A stretch of 64,000 nt of DNA from an uncultured Gammaproteobacteria bacterium. GTDB taxonomy: Bacteria > Pseudomonadota > Gammaproteobacteria > CAWCPV01. Of this stretch, positions 62,437-64,000 are shown one piece after another. Both the position numbers and the translations under genes were made by a program. Where the stretch lies: positions 256,001-320,000 of the forward strand of contig CAWCPV010000014.1 in assembly GCA_963797555.1 (NCBI GenBank), in the 5' to 3' direction. The notes under the pieces were generated by a model, which was given only the letters and a program-made list of their open reading frames with translations, did no database searches and was not told where the DNA came from. Numbering within the stretch: the first letter of the stretch is position 1; every line of letters starts with the position of its first letter.

Positions 62437-63700
62437 TCAGCCCTCTTCGGGCTCGCGCGGCAGCGGCTCACCAGAAACCGAGTTTCGTCGCGCTGTAGCG
62501 ATCACCCGTGATTTCCATACCAGATAGACCGCTGGAATCACCGCAAGCGTGAGAAGGGCGACACTGACCATACCGCCCACCATGGGTGCCGCGATGCGCC
62601 GCATGACCTCCGATCCGGCCCCGTTCCTTAGCAGAATGGGCAGCAGCGCGGCGACGATCGCCGCCTTGGTCATGGTGACCGGCCGCAACCGCAGCAGCGC
62701 GCCCTCCACCACCGCAGCCTTGACGTCCTCCGGCGTCAGGCCGGCCGCGCCGCGCACCTCCCGCCGCCGCGCCAACGCTCGATCTAGGTAGAGCATCATC
62801 ACCACCCCGATCTCCACCACCACCCCGCCCAAGGCGATGAAGCCGATCGCCGAGGCCACCGAGAGATGGTAGCCGAGCAGGTACATGAGCCCGAAACCGC
62901 CCACCAGCGCGAGCGGCAAGGTCGCTAGGATGATAAGCATCCCCGTCAGGGTGCGGAAGTTGAGATACAGCAGCACCAAGATGAAGGCGAGGGTGAGCGG
63001 CACCACCAGCCACAGCCGCTCCTTCGCCCGCTCCCACTGCTCGTACTGGCCTGACCAGGCGACCGAGTAGCCCGGCAACAGCTCGACCCGGTCCGCCACC
63101 GCCTGTTTCGCCGCGGCCACCGACGATTCCCGGACCATGCTCAGAGACGGGCTCGCACCAAGGCGTCGGCTAACGCCGCGGGCTCGCACCAATGACATGT
63201 CGGTCATCTCGGCGCTGCCGCTCACCTTGTACCTCATCGGCGTTTCTTCCAGAACACCTGGCCCGCGCGCGGGATTGGGTGGCTCAGAGCTTGTGAAGAA
63301 ATCGTCGCGAGCGGCCCGAGAGCAAGGCGTACGGAGCGCAGCGACGAGACATATCAAGTAGATAGGCGAGGAGCGACCGAATGGCAGGACAGCCATTCGG
63401 CACGTCTGCGGGACGCCCCGAAGGGGTGGCGTACAGGGAGGTACGCCATGAACACCGCGCAACGCCGCTATCGGGACACGCACCAGATTTATTCACAAGC
63501 TCTCAGTCAGGTTCATGCCGCCTACTGCGGTGGCGATGACCTCGTGCACGTCTGCGACGTTCAGGCCGAGCCTCACCATTGCCCGGCGATCGGGGGTGAT
63601 CACGATGTATCTGCCCGCCGACAGCCGCTCGGCGATCGCCGGCCAGAAGCGCGAGTTTCATCGGTTCTCCTCTTCCTGCCGGCGAGTCCGGTCTCTGGCG
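62437..63700 (-). pseudogene. cusA: CusA/CzcA heavy-metal RND transporter fragments
   Basis: GRYIVITPDR...AVGGMNL (about 63505-63640) and PGYSVAWSGQYE...EGALLRLRPVTMT...RIAAPMVGG; N-terminal part missing, interrupted by the element. Confidence 0.78.
63287..63502 (+). mobile_element. MITE-like element, copy B (216 bp)
   Basis: Same 17-bp TIRs as copy A, exact TCA duplication on both sides, 75-bp internal module at 63377-63451. Confidence 0.92.
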
Positions 63701-63767
63701 CACAAAAAATCAGGGAAGGGATTGCTCCCTTCCCCGAGGCACAACGTCTTAGCGTCTTATGGCGTGT

Positions 63768-64000
63768 TTAGTTGATTGGTGCAGGGAACGGAAACGGCGT
63801 CGCGTTCACATACGCCGACGGCCCCGCTGCGTTGTAGGACTGGACGTGGAAATACCACGACGTGTTGCGTGCTAGGTTGTTCCCCGACGTCCACGTCGTA
63901 AGGTTGGCCCCAACCGTGGCCGTCTGGGTCACCGGCGCGAACCCCGCATTGTTGGCGAGCTGCATCCGGAAGCCCGTCTCGTTGGCGGAGTTGTCGGTCC
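63768..64000 (-). CDS. C-terminus of a fibronectin type III domain protein (partial)
   Basis: TDNSANETGFRMQ...LARNTSWYFHVQSYNAAGPSAY. Confidence 0.65.
   Translation of the reverse strand, partial: TDNSANETGFRMQLANNAGFAPVTQTATVGANLTTWTSGNNLARNTSWYFHVQSYNAAGPSAYVNATPFPFPAPIN

Overview
GC-rich proteobacterial chromosome segment, most consistent with a sulfur-oxidising (possibly also iron-oxidising) gammaproteobacterium; this is inferred from gene content, not a taxonomic search. A core block (class V aminotransferase, rnhA, methyltransferase, mltD, galU, capD/wbpM-like, wbpL-like, lexA-imuA-imuB-dnaE2) is flanked by accessory regions. Left flank: an LRR-Roc-COR (Roco) gene, L,D-transpeptidase, sorAB, a RES-Xre toxin-antitoxin pair and decayed conflict/IS genes. 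Right flank: a CarS-like/metallophosphoesterase fusion, msrA, bcp, an intact IS4-family element, a DUF3604-PPIase-HupE/UreJ operon, tsdA-like cytochrome, hdeA/hdeD, a relic integron (intI fragment, attI, one full cassette with attC, one truncated cassette), a Cyc2-like cytochrome-porin and cusA fragments. The most striking unannotated structure is a family of short non-autonomous palindromic elements (ends GAGCTTGTGAAGAAATC ... GATTTATTCACAAGCTC, 3-bp TCA target duplication). One copy sits in frame inside imuB and lacks the stop codon seen in a sister copy; other copies carry an optional 75-bp module of GGA-loop hairpins resembling CsrA/RsmA sites. Many otherwise intact genes have single-base frameshifts, probably long-read consensus errors. 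No rRNA, tRNA or CRISPR array was found. All family assignments come from motif recognition by eye; no database search was run.
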